Source of the DNA: Acidobacteriota bacterium
GTDB lineage: Bacteria; Acidobacteriota; UBA6911; RPQK01; JAJDTT01
Assembly (NCBI GenBank): GCA_965217775.1
Contig: CBDCJH010000002.1
Location: 4,736,001 to 4,800,000, forward strand
Direction: 5' to 3'
DNA: 64,000 bases
Under the pieces are notes generated by a model that searched no databases, was not told the DNA's origin, and saw only the letters and a list, made by a program, of their open reading frames with translations. A program made the position numbers and the translations under genes. Every line of letters starts with the position of its first letter. The first letter of the stretch is position 1. This document shows positions 54,093 to 63,664 of the stretch, in pieces.

Positions 54093-54272
54093 GTGGCCGC
54101 CGATCGTGAGAGAGAGCTTCTGGAACAGAAGGCCCAGGCGCTGGATCGAATCCTGAACCTGTACCTGGAACTGCAGCACTCGGCTTTCTACAGCCGCAAC
54201 TGGGTCGACCTGGCCGAGTTGTTGGAAGAGGAAGTCGCTCGACTCGCCCCGGCTGAAGCGGACGAAGAATGA
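54093..54272 (+). CDS. Small acidic helical hypothetical protein (59 aa), probably leaderless
   Basis: GTG 6 nt after TATAGT; host-like codon usage; alternative ATG upstream. Confidence 0.55.
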   Translation: MAADRERELLEQKAQALDRILNLYLELQHSAFYSRNWVDLAELLEEEVARLAPAEADEE

Positions 54273-54297
54273 AGATCCGACCGCTGTGAAATTCCGG

Positions 54298-55566
54298 CTA
54301 CGCGCCGACGATCTCGCCGATGTCGATCAGGTGCATCTGCCGGCCCTCGCCGGTGTGCGGCGAATCGATGACAACGCTGCGGCCGTCGGGGCTGAAACGT
54401 GGGTGCGTGTCCACCCGTCCCTCGCGCGTGTACTCCGGCGGCGAGAAGAACCGTCCCAGCGGGACCCGCCTGCCCGTGGCCACATGGTAAAGATACACAT
54501 GTTGCTTCCGGTGCTCGTCCGGATACGTGTCGTTCAGGATCCACTCGCCTCCCGGCAGGTAGGCACAGTGACCGTTTTCGGTCATGACACCCTCTCCGAC
54601 CATCTCGACTGCCCCCCCGGTCGCGTCTTCAAATAGATAGAACCCCCACGGTCTGGTTTCGGGCCGGGTCCAGGCGAGAATCGATTCCGGGTCCCTCCAG
54701 ATGAAGTGCGAAGTCAGACCGGAGGCATCGACGACACGGAGGTTCGAGCCGTCGCGGCTGGCGGTGAACATTCGCGTGGCGCCGGTGAACTTGGGAAATC
54801 CCCAGCGATGAAGAAAAATGAAACGGGCGCCGTCGGGACTGATCAACAGGTGGTTGAAGTAGCTCTTGGCTTTGGCCAATTCCACGCCCGGCATCGGAAT
54901 CTTGACGACTTGTTCGACCGAGATCAGCAACTCCTGGCGTCCGCTATCCAGGTCGACGCGGAAAATACCCGAAGCTTCGGGCGCCCCCACGCTGCGGTAG
55001 GGGTCCTCCAATCCAGGATAGCCGTAGGCCGGCCGCATGTCGCTGACGCGGCGATAGTCGGGCGCCACCGCCCATCCCCCGTCGGGGCTGACCGTATAGA
55101 CCGGATGGGGGATGGTTCGCTGTTGCCGCGTCTCGATGTCCAGGATGCGGCACACGAAGCGGTCTTGCTGGCGATCGTTCCAGAGGACTTCGGTCTTGGA
55201 GCCGGGCCGCCATTGGAGCATGCAGCCCTGCTGCCAACACCAGGCGCGGCTCTCTCCCAGTTGGATCCACCTGTCGCCGTCCTGAAGGTCGACCATCCCG
55301 ATCCTGATCACGTCGTCGGGTGTCGGTGAGCGGTGTTCAAAGTCGACTTCCATCCCCAGCACGAAGCGGCCGGTGGGGTCGAACTCCAGCTTGTCGTAGT
55401 ACCCGAACCAGTGATGTTCGGGACCGTGCGTGATGGCACGTACCGGGGGCAGTTTGCTTCGAGCACCCGCCATCGCGGGCCGAGGCAAAGCGGTGAGCGC
55501 CAACAGGGCAGGGGCCGTGGTCTTGAGCAGGTCTCGCCGTGTCAGAGTTGTATTTGGTTGACGCAT
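54298..55566 (-). CDS. Tat-exported TolB/oligogalacturonate-lyase-like beta-propeller protein
   Basis: TRRDLL Tat motif, FGYYD, WQQG, NDTYPD, DTHPRFSPDG. Confidence 0.8.
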   Translation of the reverse strand: MRQPNTTLTRRDLLKTTAPALLALTALPRPAMAGARSKLPPVRAITHGPEHHWFGYYDKLEFDPTGRFVLGMEVDFEHRSPTPDDVIRIGMVDLQDGDRWIQLGESRAWCWQQGCMLQWRPGSKTEVLWNDRQQDRFVCRILDIETRQQRTIPHPVYTVSPDGGWAVAPDYRRVSDMRPAYGYPGLEDPYRSVGAPEASGIFRVDLDSGRQELLISVEQVVKIPMPGVELAKAKSYFNHLLISPDGARFIFLHRWGFPKFTGATRMFTASRDGSNLRVVDASGLTSHFIWRDPESILAWTRPETRPWGFYLFEDATGGAVEMVGEGVMTENGHCAYLPGGEWILNDTYPDEHRKQHVYLYHVATGRRVPLGRFFSPPEYTREGRVDTHPRFSPDGRSVVIDSPHTGEGRQMHLIDIGEIVGA

Positions 55567-55645
55567 GAGTCGACCCTTGAAGCTGCTACCGGGATGAACA
55601 GCCGATGCACAGCCAGGGAGCCACAAGAGTTCGCAGTTGGAAAAC

Positions 55646-55722
<77 letters not shown>

Positions 55723-55752
55723 AAACTTCCCAAAGTAAGGACTCCAGTTTAA

Positions 55753-55911
55753 CAGCCAGTGGCAAAAGTCGCACGGCATTCGACCGTCCCTGCATCCCGG
55801 CGGACTGCGTTGCGACTCGGCTCACATCCTCCCGGTATGCTCCCTCCGAAGCGCCTTGTCCGGCGGGCGCAGGAACGGTCTCGGTGCTCGCGGGACTTTC
55901 ACCACGGACTG
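55753..55911 (+). mobile_element. MITE copy 3 (159 bp)
   Basis: TIRs CAGCCAGTGGCAAAAGTC / GACTTTCACCACGGACTG; TSD TTAA on both sides. Confidence 0.92.
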
Positions 55912-55942
55912 TTAACAGTCAACAGACCGCCGCGCGAATCGC

Positions 55943-56818
55943 CTATGTGGAGTTGGAGCCGGAAATGGCCTGTGCGACGACATCCAGGCATTGGAGCATG
56001 GCCGGGACCGGAGCTTCCTTGTCCCCTTCGAACTCCAGCGAGATGGGACCCAAAAACCCCAGACTCTGAAAGGTCTCGAAGGTCTTGACCACATCCAGCT
56101 TGCCCTGACCCAGGATCACGTCATTCTCTTCGGCGTCGAAGTCCTTGAGGTGGACTCCCAGGACCCGGCTCCCAAGGATCTCCAGAGCCGTCACCGGATC
56201 GACTCCGGCGCGGATGTAATGCCCCAGGTCGGCACAAGCGCCGATGCGCGGGTCGAGGGCACCCACCGCCTCCATGATCCACTCGGGCCGCCGCCAGCGC
56301 TCGTCCTCGGGACCGTGGTTGTGGATGGCGATCCGGATATCGTATTGGTCCACCAATTGTTCCAGGCTGGTGAAGGCCCTTTTCGCAGGATTCGCGCTGA
56401 GGACACGCACGCCAAGATTCCGGGCCAGGCGAAAGACAGCCTCGTTCTTCTCGTGTTCATCCGTGAAGCGTTCCACCCCGAATGCGTTCACGGTGATTCC
56501 CGCTTCCCGCAGTCGATCTCGAAATCGAACGATCTCTGCTTCGCCGCCGGCCTGCGGCAGGTGGCCTCTCCAAAGCTCCACGAAAGGTAGATTCAATCGT
56601 TTCGCCTGCCCGAGAAAGTCGTCGGTGGGCACGAAATGCCTGAGCGAGTAGCTCTGGAACCCCATTTCGTAGTTCCCGTAGCTGCGGTCCGGTTCCGGCT
56701 GTTCCGGGGAGTCCGCCGGCGGCGATGAACAGCCCGAAAAGCCGGTGGCCAGGCCGGCTCCGGCAATGCCCAGGGACAAGTGCATCCAATCTCTTCGGGT
56801 CAAGTGTTCCATTAGCAT
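55943..56818 (-). CDS. Tat lipoprotein, xylose-isomerase-like TIM barrel (sugar phosphate isomerase/epimerase)
   Basis: TRRDWM plus FSGC; IAIHNH, DLGH, HLKD, SLEFE. Confidence 0.88.
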   Translation of the reverse strand: MLMEHLTRRDWMHLSLGIAGAGLATGFSGCSSPPADSPEQPEPDRSYGNYEMGFQSYSLRHFVPTDDFLGQAKRLNLPFVELWRGHLPQAGGEAEIVRFRDRLREAGITVNAFGVERFTDEHEKNEAVFRLARNLGVRVLSANPAKRAFTSLEQLVDQYDIRIAIHNHGPEDERWRRPEWIMEAVGALDPRIGACADLGHYIRAGVDPVTALEILGSRVLGVHLKDFDAEENDVILGQGKLDVVKTFETFQSLGFLGPISLEFEGDKEAPVPAMLQCLDVVAQAISGSNST

Positions 56819-57099
56819 GAGCGATTTCTCCTCCTGCCGAGCGATGGGCTGTTTCCGATCCTGGCAGCCTGCGCCGCAGAAATTGATCTACTGCGCAGAC
56901 TCCCAGTCTACTACGACATGAGGGGAGTATTGCAGCCCGTCAGCCCAGCCGAATCGGCCCGACGGAGAAATTTGGTTCCCCCGGAGGCACCGGCCCCGGG
57001 ACCGGGAACCCCGCTCCTTGATCTCGCCTTGAATTTCCGGTTACCTTGCCATGGAGCCCAGCGGGAACACCATCCCCCTGAGTTCGAGGAAACCGGAAT

Positions 57100-58167
57100 A
57101 TGGCGACTCCCGGAACCCGCCGGAGAGACCTGCTTCATCCCGAACGCATGGCGGCACTGGCCGCCGCCGCCCTGCCCCGCGTCCCTTCGGACCTCGAGGC
57201 CGTCCCGGACAAGCTGATCCGGGCGGGCCGGCCGGCCATGGCCTGCCGCTTCGAGATCTTCGTGTCGACCCGGCACCGGTCTCGAATCATGACGGTCCAC
57301 CGAGCCCTGGATCTGATCCAGGAGCTCGAAGGCCAGATGACCGTTTTTCGAGACGACAGCGAGATTGCCCACCTGAATCGCTACGCCTTCGAGCGACCGA
57401 TAGCTGCCGAGACCAGCCTCTTCGAGCTGCTGCGGCTGGGAGCGAGAATCTATCGGGAGACAGGCGGAGCCTTCGACCTGACGGCCGGTCCGCTTTGGAA
57501 GGTCTGGGGATTCTCCCGGCGCCAGGGCACCCTTCCCGATCCGGAGGCGGTCGAGGAGGCTCGAAGCCAAGTCGGATCCCGTTTCCTGGAATTGGACCCG
57601 TCCGCCGGAACCGTTCGCTTCCGGCGCCGCGGTCTGGAATTGAATCTGGGAGCGATCGGAAAGGGGTACGCGCTGGACCGCGCCGGCCGGCTGTTGAAGC
57701 AGGAAGGTACGAGCCGCGCCCTGCTCCACGCCGGCCACAGCAGCATTTTGGCCCTCGGGGAAGGCCCCGGAAGGGAATCGCCGCCGGGATGGAAGGTCGG
57801 CATCCGGGATCCATTGGGAAGGACCGGGCCCCTGGCCACCGTGGAGCTTCGCAATCGGGCCCTCTCCACCTCCGGCGTGGGCGAACAGTTCTTTCGGATC
57901 GGAAATAAACACTATGGCCATGTCCTGGATCCCCGGACCGGTCATCCGGTGGAGAAGAATCTGGCCGCCACGGCCCTGGCTCCGACGGCGGCGGAGGCGG
58001 ACGCCCTCTCCACGGCGTTCCTGGTCATGGACCTGGAAGATATTTTGTCGTACTGTCGTCGGCGCCGGGGCATAGGGGCCGTGGTGGTTGCCAAAGATCC
58101 CCGGGATGGGGCCGTTCAGGTCCATCACTGGGGCCTGGACGCCGATCATCTGGAGGTCTTCCGGTGA
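57100..58167 (+). CDS. apbE: FAD:protein FMN transferase
   Basis: AMAC, TGGAFDLT, LNLGAIGKGYA, LSTSG, HVLDPRTG, ADALSTA. Confidence 0.93.
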   Translation: MATPGTRRRDLLHPERMAALAAAALPRVPSDLEAVPDKLIRAGRPAMACRFEIFVSTRHRSRIMTVHRALDLIQELEGQMTVFRDDSEIAHLNRYAFERPIAAETSLFELLRLGARIYRETGGAFDLTAGPLWKVWGFSRRQGTLPDPEAVEEARSQVGSRFLELDPSAGTVRFRRRGLELNLGAIGKGYALDRAGRLLKQEGTSRALLHAGHSSILALGEGPGRESPPGWKVGIRDPLGRTGPLATVELRNRALSTSGVGEQFFRIGNKHYGHVLDPRTGHPVEKNLAATALAPTAAEADALSTAFLVMDLEDILSYCRRRRGIGAVVVAKDPRDGAVQVHHWGLDADHLEVFR

Positions 58168-58664
58168 ATCGTTTCGAACAACTCACTCCGATCCACAAGA
58201 TTCTGCTGCTGGTGCTTCGATTCTGCATCGGGTGGCACCTTTTCTACCAGGGGGTGGGCAAGTTCCTGGCCGTGAATTGGACCTCCCGAGGCTACCTCGA
58301 AAACTCAACGGGGCCTTTCTCCGGAATCTTCCATTGGATCGTCGAGAATCCTTCATTACTGGCCATGGCCGACGTCGGCACCAAGTGGGGACTCGTCATA
58401 TTGGGGCTGGGGCTGATGCTGGGACTGTTCACGCGCCTGTCCGCCTTGGGGGGATTCGCGTTGCTCATGTTGTTCTATCTGGCATCGCCGGCGCTGATGT
58501 CGGACGGCTTCGTGGTCCAGTCCGCCGTGGGGACCGAACTCTACGTCAACAAGACGTTGATCGAGGCCTTGGCCCTATCGCTGATTCTGGCCTTCCCCAC
58601 CGGTCAGATCGCCGGTCTGGACATACTGGTCCGTCATTGGAAGACCAACCGATTCAGCAGGTAG
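58164..58664 (+). CDS. DoxX/TQO-like membrane protein
   Basis: LRFCIGWHLFYQGVGK, GLGLMLGLFTR, YVNKTLIE; GTGA overlap with apbE. Confidence 0.88.
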   Translation: MNRFEQLTPIHKILLLVLRFCIGWHLFYQGVGKFLAVNWTSRGYLENSTGPFSGIFHWIVENPSLLAMADVGTKWGLVILGLGLMLGLFTRLSALGGFALLMLFYLASPALMSDGFVVQSAVGTELYVNKTLIEALALSLILAFPTGQIAGLDILVRHWKTNRFSR

Positions 58665-58729
58665 CACCCGGGGAGAGCGACGGCTGCCGGCTGGAGCGAT
58701 CCGGGACAAACCGCCGACGGGATTGATAA

Positions 58730-58889
58730 CAGTCCGTGGTGAAAGTCGCGCGAGCACCGAGACCGTTCCTGCGCTCGCCGGACAAGGCGCTTCGGAGGGA
58801 GCATACCGGGAGTATGTGAGCCGAGTCGCAACGCAGTCCGCCGGGATGCAGGGACGGTCGAATGCCGTGACGACTTTTGCCACGGGCTG
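58730..58889 (-). mobile_element. MITE copy 4 (160 bp)
   Basis: Same TIRs and body; flanks ATAA / TTAA (imperfect TSD). Confidence 0.9.
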
Positions 58890-58935
58890 TTAATATGGCG
58901 AAATCCGATCCAACCCGATCTCCATGGAGGTGGGT

Positions 58936-60210
58936 ATGTTGAACGACGAACAGAGAAAACTGGGACGCAGGAATTTCATCAAGGCCGTGGCCACGGTTCC
59001 ACCCACGGGGGCGCTGCTCTGGAAGACCTCCTCCGTGTGGCCGGTGAAGGCGGGCATCATCGGCATCGGGGGACAGGGCGGAGTGTTGATGGAGAACGCC
59101 CCGCCCAGCCACATGCGGATCTCGGCGGTCTGCGACATCTTTCCCCCCAATCGGGAGAAAGCTCTCAAAACCGCCCAAGAGCGATTCGATCCGGACGCCG
59201 TCGCCTATTCGGATCATCGCGAGCTCCTGAAACGTAGTGACATCGAAGCCGTCCTGATCGCGGCTCCCCTCTGGATGCACGAGCCGCTTGCCATCGACGC
59301 GCTCAACGCCGGCAAGCACGTCTTCACCGAAAAGGCCATGGCCCACAGCATCGAGGGTTGCCGCCGCATGATCGAAGCTGCCAATTCGGCGGGCCAGCAT
59401 CTCCAGGTGGGTCATCAGCGCAACTACAACCCCCTGTACCAGGAGGCGTACCAGCTCATCCGGGAGGGCGTCATCGGAGACGTCTACCACGTCCGCAGCC
59501 TCTGGCACCGGAACAAGAGCTGGAGGCGCCCGGTTCCCGAAACCGACTTCGATCCTTCCCCCTGGGGTTACCCGGACATGGAGCATTTGAGGAACTGGAG
59601 GCTCTACCGGAAGTACTCGTACGGACTCAACGCCGAGTTGGGAAGCCACCACCTGCAGGTCGTCAACTGGTTCACCGGCAAGCTTCCCAAGGCGGTCTAC
59701 GGCTCCGGCGGAATCTACGCCTACGACGACGGCCGCGAGGTGGAGGACCACATCTACGTCACCTACGAGTACCCGGGAGGGGTCACTTACACCTTCTCGT
59801 CCATACAGACCAACGCCTTCGATCACTTCTACGAGCAGTTCATGGGCACCGAAGGCACCATCATCCTCACCCGGGAGCGGGAAGCCATGCTCTTCTCGGA
59901 GCATGGGAAGGCAGCGGCGACCGAGCTCAAGACCCAGGCCATGGGAGACGCTCCTCTGCTGGAGGCTTCGGAAAGCCGGGCCCGGGATGCCGCCGGGTCC
60001 CAGGTCACGGGTGGAGGCAAGAGTGCGGCCTCCGCTCTGAGGGGGTACTCAAAAGAACTGGAAGGATTCTGCAGGACCATCCGCTACGGATCCGAGAATC
60101 TTTGCGACGGGCCGTCGGCCATGAACGTGTGCGTGCCCATGATCAAGGCCGGCGAGTCCATCAGTTCCGGCCGGAAGGTGGACATCCCCCGGAATCTTTA
60201 CTCGACTTGA
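58936..60210 (+). CDS. Tat-exported Gfo/Idh/MocA oxidoreductase
   Basis: GRRNFI Tat motif, GIGGQG, KHVFTEK, QVGHQR, NWRLY, AELGSH. Confidence 0.92.
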   Translation: MLNDEQRKLGRRNFIKAVATVPPTGALLWKTSSVWPVKAGIIGIGGQGGVLMENAPPSHMRISAVCDIFPPNREKALKTAQERFDPDAVAYSDHRELLKRSDIEAVLIAAPLWMHEPLAIDALNAGKHVFTEKAMAHSIEGCRRMIEAANSAGQHLQVGHQRNYNPLYQEAYQLIREGVIGDVYHVRSLWHRNKSWRRPVPETDFDPSPWGYPDMEHLRNWRLYRKYSYGLNAELGSHHLQVVNWFTGKLPKAVYGSGGIYAYDDGREVEDHIYVTYEYPGGVTYTFSSIQTNAFDHFYEQFMGTEGTIILTREREAMLFSEHGKAAATELKTQAMGDAPLLEASESRARDAAGSQVTGGGKSAASALRGYSKELEGFCRTIRYGSENLCDGPSAMNVCVPMIKAGESISSGRKVDIPRNLYST

Positions 60211-60247
60211 TCGATCAGGCGGTAGCTTCGGCTCGACCGGTGTACGG

Positions 60248-61417
60248 TCAACCGGAATTCGGCTGCAACTCGGAAATATCGACCCAGGATCGGCGTCGCC
60301 AGGACTCCCGCGCACACTCGGCCAACTGAACCCCCTTGGCTCCCTCCAGCAGGTTCCAGGGGAACGGCTCGTCGGCAAGTACATGGCGCAGGAACAGTTC
60401 CCACTGCGTCCGGAAGGGCCCGGACACAGGAGCGGGCCCGGGTGCGGGCGACCATGACTCCAGCCACGAGTGCGACTGCTCCAGATCCGGATTCCAGGTC
60501 ACCCGGGGGGTGGACCGGGCGAGTTGCACCCAACATTGGTTCAAGCCGCAGACGGCCGATCCCAGAGTTCCGTCGACCTGAAGCGTGAACAGGTCGTCCC
60601 GCCGCACTCGAACCGCCCAGGAACTGTTGAAGTGGGCGACCACGCCTCCCTCGAGTAGAAACGTCGCGTAGGCCGAGTCGTCGGCCGTGACCGCGTATTC
60701 CCGGCCCGCTTCGTTCCAACGCCGGCGAACGTGGGTGGCTCCCAGGCAGGAGACGGCGCGCACGCCGCCGAAAAGGTTCTCCAGCAGATACCTCCAGTGG
60801 GGAAACATGTCCAGGATGATGCTGCCGCCCTCTTCCTTGCGGTAGTTCCACGACGGCCGCTGCAAGGGGGGCTCCCGCCCGTCGAAGACCCAGTAGCCGA
60901 ACTCTCCCCGGACCGAAAGGATCCGGCCCAGACACCGGTCTCGCAACAACCGTCTCAAGTGAACGATTCCGGGCACCCAGAGCTTGTCCTGGACCACGCC
61001 GTGCTTGAGACCGCTCCCCTGGGCCATCCGGTAGAGCCGGTAGGCCTCGGCGCTGGTGGAGGCGGCCGGTTTCTCGCAGTAAACGTGCCGGCCCGCCTGC
61101 AGAGCCCGTTCCATCGACGCAGCCCGGAGCGGGGTGGTCTGAGCGTCGAAATAGATCTGGTTGGCGGGATCTTCCAAGGCCCGGTCCAACTGATCGGTCC
61201 AGGCCTCGACGCCGGTCTCCCGGGACAGCCGCTCCAGCTTGACCCGGTTCCGTCCCACCAGAACCGGCTCGGGAAGAATCCGTCCGATGCCGGGGATCTC
61301 CAATCCCCCGTCCCGCCGGATACTCAGGATGGACCGGCGCAGATGCTGATTGGCCCCCATGCGGCCGGTGACTCCGTTCATGATGACGCCGATCCGGAGG
61401 GGCGAGGCTGCGCACAT
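60248..61417 (-). CDS. Gfo/Idh/MocA oxidoreductase
   Basis: MNGVTGRMG, HVYCEKP, GVVQDKL, QRPSWNYR. Confidence 0.92.
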   Translation of the reverse strand: MCAASPLRIGVIMNGVTGRMGANQHLRRSILSIRRDGGLEIPGIGRILPEPVLVGRNRVKLERLSRETGVEAWTDQLDRALEDPANQIYFDAQTTPLRAASMERALQAGRHVYCEKPAASTSAEAYRLYRMAQGSGLKHGVVQDKLWVPGIVHLRRLLRDRCLGRILSVRGEFGYWVFDGREPPLQRPSWNYRKEEGGSIILDMFPHWRYLLENLFGGVRAVSCLGATHVRRRWNEAGREYAVTADDSAYATFLLEGGVVAHFNSSWAVRVRRDDLFTLQVDGTLGSAVCGLNQCWVQLARSTPRVTWNPDLEQSHSWLESWSPAPGPAPVSGPFRTQWELFLRHVLADEPFPWNLLEGAKGVQLAECARESWRRRSWVDISELQPNSG

Positions 61418-61426
61418 TTTCCAGCG

Positions 61427-61861
61427 TCAAACCTGTTGGGATCGGGCCCCTTCCGGCAATGCGGGCGCCTCGCGGCCGGCCCGGGGAAGGGTGCTCGTGA
61501 GCTCCTGGCGCCAGTGGGCCACGTCTCCGGCGGGACCGTAGCAGTAAATGAAAGTCAGGGGCTTTTTCCCCAGGTTGGTGAGCTGATGGTAAACGCCCGG
61601 CGGAATATAGACGACATCTCCCGAGTTCATGGTCTTCCGCTCCCGGCCCAGGCACATTTCGCCGGTCCCTTCCACCACATAGTAGATCTCCTCCTGCTCC
61701 TGATTGTGCCAGGGGACCTGGCCTCCATCCGGGTCCAGGACCACGGATCCCATGCAGAAGCTGGCAGTCTGAATGGGAGAAGGGCCACCCACCAGGTTCG
61801 TCGACTCGCGGCCGGCCGGGAAACGGCGAGAGCTCAACCGGTCGAGACTGGCAACGATCAT
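61427..61861 (-). CDS. Cupin domain protein
   Basis: PWHNQEQEEIYYV-G-G, GDVVYIPPGVYH. Confidence 0.88.
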   Translation of the reverse strand: MIVASLDRLSSRRFPAGRESTNLVGGPSPIQTASFCMGSVVLDPDGGQVPWHNQEQEEIYYVVEGTGEMCLGRERKTMNSGDVVYIPPGVYHQLTNLGKKPLTFIYCYGPAGDVAHWRQELTSTLPRAGREAPALPEGARSQQV

Positions 61862-61914
61862 CTGCTGCGTCCTCCAGGATGTTCGGCGGCTAACGACCCG
61901 ATCTTCCATGAAAC

Positions 61915-62116
61915 TGAGGAAAGAGAAAAGAGGAAAGAGAAAAGAGTGAAGGCAGGCGGGTCGTTTACGCCCGGCGGACTCGGCAGGGGAGACGGTCTCG
62001 TCGATGACGCCGGAGCCGGATGAACTCGATGCCTGTTTCTCCTACGCGTCCGCCGGGCCGGGCCGGTGGGGGAGCTTTTCTCTTTCCTTTTTTCTCTTTC
62101 CTCTTTTCTCATCTCA
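61915..62116. repeat. Long inverted repeat with 7-nt periodic purine/pyrimidine arms
   Basis: GAGAAAAGAGGAAAGAGAAAA (61923-61943) is the exact reverse complement of 62090-62110; inner 11-bp stem 61969-61979/62048-62058. Confidence 0.8.
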
Positions 62117-63664
62117 TCCGAAGGTCTTTTTCCAGAAACTCCGGTCCAGGGACCGGTACTGGATGGCCTCCGAGACATGGGAGGTCGTCAGTTCCGGTGA
62201 ACCCGCCAGGTCGGCGATGGTGCGCGCCATCTTGAGGATGCGATCATAGGCTCGAGCCGAAAATCCCAATCTGGGAAGGGCATCGTCGAACAGCCGCTTG
62301 ACGGTGGGACTCAGGGCGCAGTATCGCTGGATCTCCTCGGCGCCCATCTGAGCGTTGCAGAAAATCGAGGTCCCCGAGAAACGATCCCGTTGAACCTCCC
62401 GGCCCCGGGCGACCCGCTTGGCGATGGACCGTGAGGGCTCTCCCGAAGGCTGGGACGCCAAGTCGCGGTACGGAACCTCGGGGACCTCGACCTGCATGTC
62501 CATCCGATCCAGGAAAGGCCCCGAAATCCGGGTCAGATAGCGGTGGATCGCGACCGGCGAACAGACGCATTCCCGATGAAGACTGTTGGCATAGCCGCAG
62601 GGGCAAGGGTTCATGGCGGCCACCAGCATGAAGCGGGAGGGAAAGGTCAGGCTGCGGATGGCCCGGCTGATGGTGATTTCTCCGGCCTCGCAGGGTTGAC
62701 GAAGCGTTTCCAGCACTCGCCGCTGAAATTCGGGCAGCTCATCCAGAAAGAGGACGCCGTTGTGGGCCAGGGAGATCTCGCCGGGTCGAGGCGGGGATCC
62801 CCCACCCACCAGACCGGCTCCGCTGATGCTGTGGTGGGGAGAGCGAAAGGGTCGCCTCAACAGGATCGAGCGGCTCTTGCCCAGCAGTCCGCAGACACTG
62901 TGGACCGCGGTCGTCTCCAGGGACTCGGAGAAGCCCATGGGGGGAAGGATGGAGGGGATGCGCCGTGCCAGCATGGTCTTGCCGGCGCCGGGAGGTCCGA
63001 TCAGGAGCAGGTTGTGGCCCCCGCCGCAAGCCACCTCCAAGGCCCGTTTGGCCGCCTGTTGCGCCTTGACGTGAGAGAAATCGGGCAATCGGGATTTCGT
63101 TTCCGATGCTCCTGCGCCCGGGTCGATCTTGAGGGGGTCCTGGCGCCGGTCGCCGTTGAGGAGATCCAGAACCTGGGGCAGGCTGGCCGCGCAGTAGACG
63201 TCGATTTCCCGGACCGCCGCCGCCTCCCGGGCGTTCTCGGCAGGGAGCAGGAGTCGCTTGAACTTCCGCTTGACGGCTCCCAGGGCCACCGGCAGAGCAC
63301 CCCGAACGGGACGCACCCTTCCATCCAGAGACAACTCACCGAGAATCAGCCACTTCCGGAGCTCCCGTTCTTCCAGTTTTCCAGCCAGACCCAGGACCCC
63401 CAATGCGATGGGCAGGTCATAGCAGCTTCCTTCCTTCTTGAAGCCCGCCGGAGCCAGGTTGACGATGATGGTCACTTGGCGGGGAAAGGCGAAGCCGCAA
63501 TTGCAGATGGCGGCTCGCACTCTCTCCCCGCTCTCCTTGACCGCCGTGTCGGGCAAGCCGACGACGTGGTACCGGGACCGCATGCTCTGGGAGATGTCGA
63601 CCTCCACGTCGACGATCTCGGCCTGGATGCCCAACACGGAGGCACTGTGGACTTTCAGCAACAT
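62114..63664 (-). CDS. comM: YifB/ComM Mg-chelatase-like AAA+ ATPase
   Basis: VGLPD-AVKES, NLAP, GPPGAGKTM, RSPHHS, LAHNGVLFLDELPEF, NPCPCG. Confidence 0.93.
   Translation of the reverse strand: MLLKVHSASVLGIQAEIVDVEVDISQSMRSRYHVVGLPDTAVKESGERVRAAICNCGFAFPRQVTIIVNLAPAGFKKEGSCYDLPIALGVLGLAGKLEERELRKWLILGELSLDGRVRPVRGALPVALGAVKRKFKRLLLPAENAREAAAVREIDVYCAASLPQVLDLLNGDRRQDPLKIDPGAGASETKSRLPDFSHVKAQQAAKRALEVACGGGHNLLLIGPPGAGKTMLARRIPSILPPMGFSESLETTAVHSVCGLLGKSRSILLRRPFRSPHHSISGAGLVGGGSPPRPGEISLAHNGVLFLDELPEFQRRVLETLRQPCEAGEITISRAIRSLTFPSRFMLVAAMNPCPCGYANSLHRECVCSPVAIHRYLTRISGPFLDRMDMQVEVPEVPYRDLASQPSGEPSRSIAKRVARGREVQRDRFSGTSIFCNAQMGAEEIQRYCALSPTVKRLFDDALPRLGFSARAYDRILKMARTIADLAGSPELTTSHVSEAIQYRSLDRSFWKKTFG

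Noticed and set aside
54298-55645. Genomic island integrated at the tRNA-Lys 3' end
   Set aside because: No integrase and no duplicated tRNA 3' end seen in the window; the downstream gene has host-like composition.
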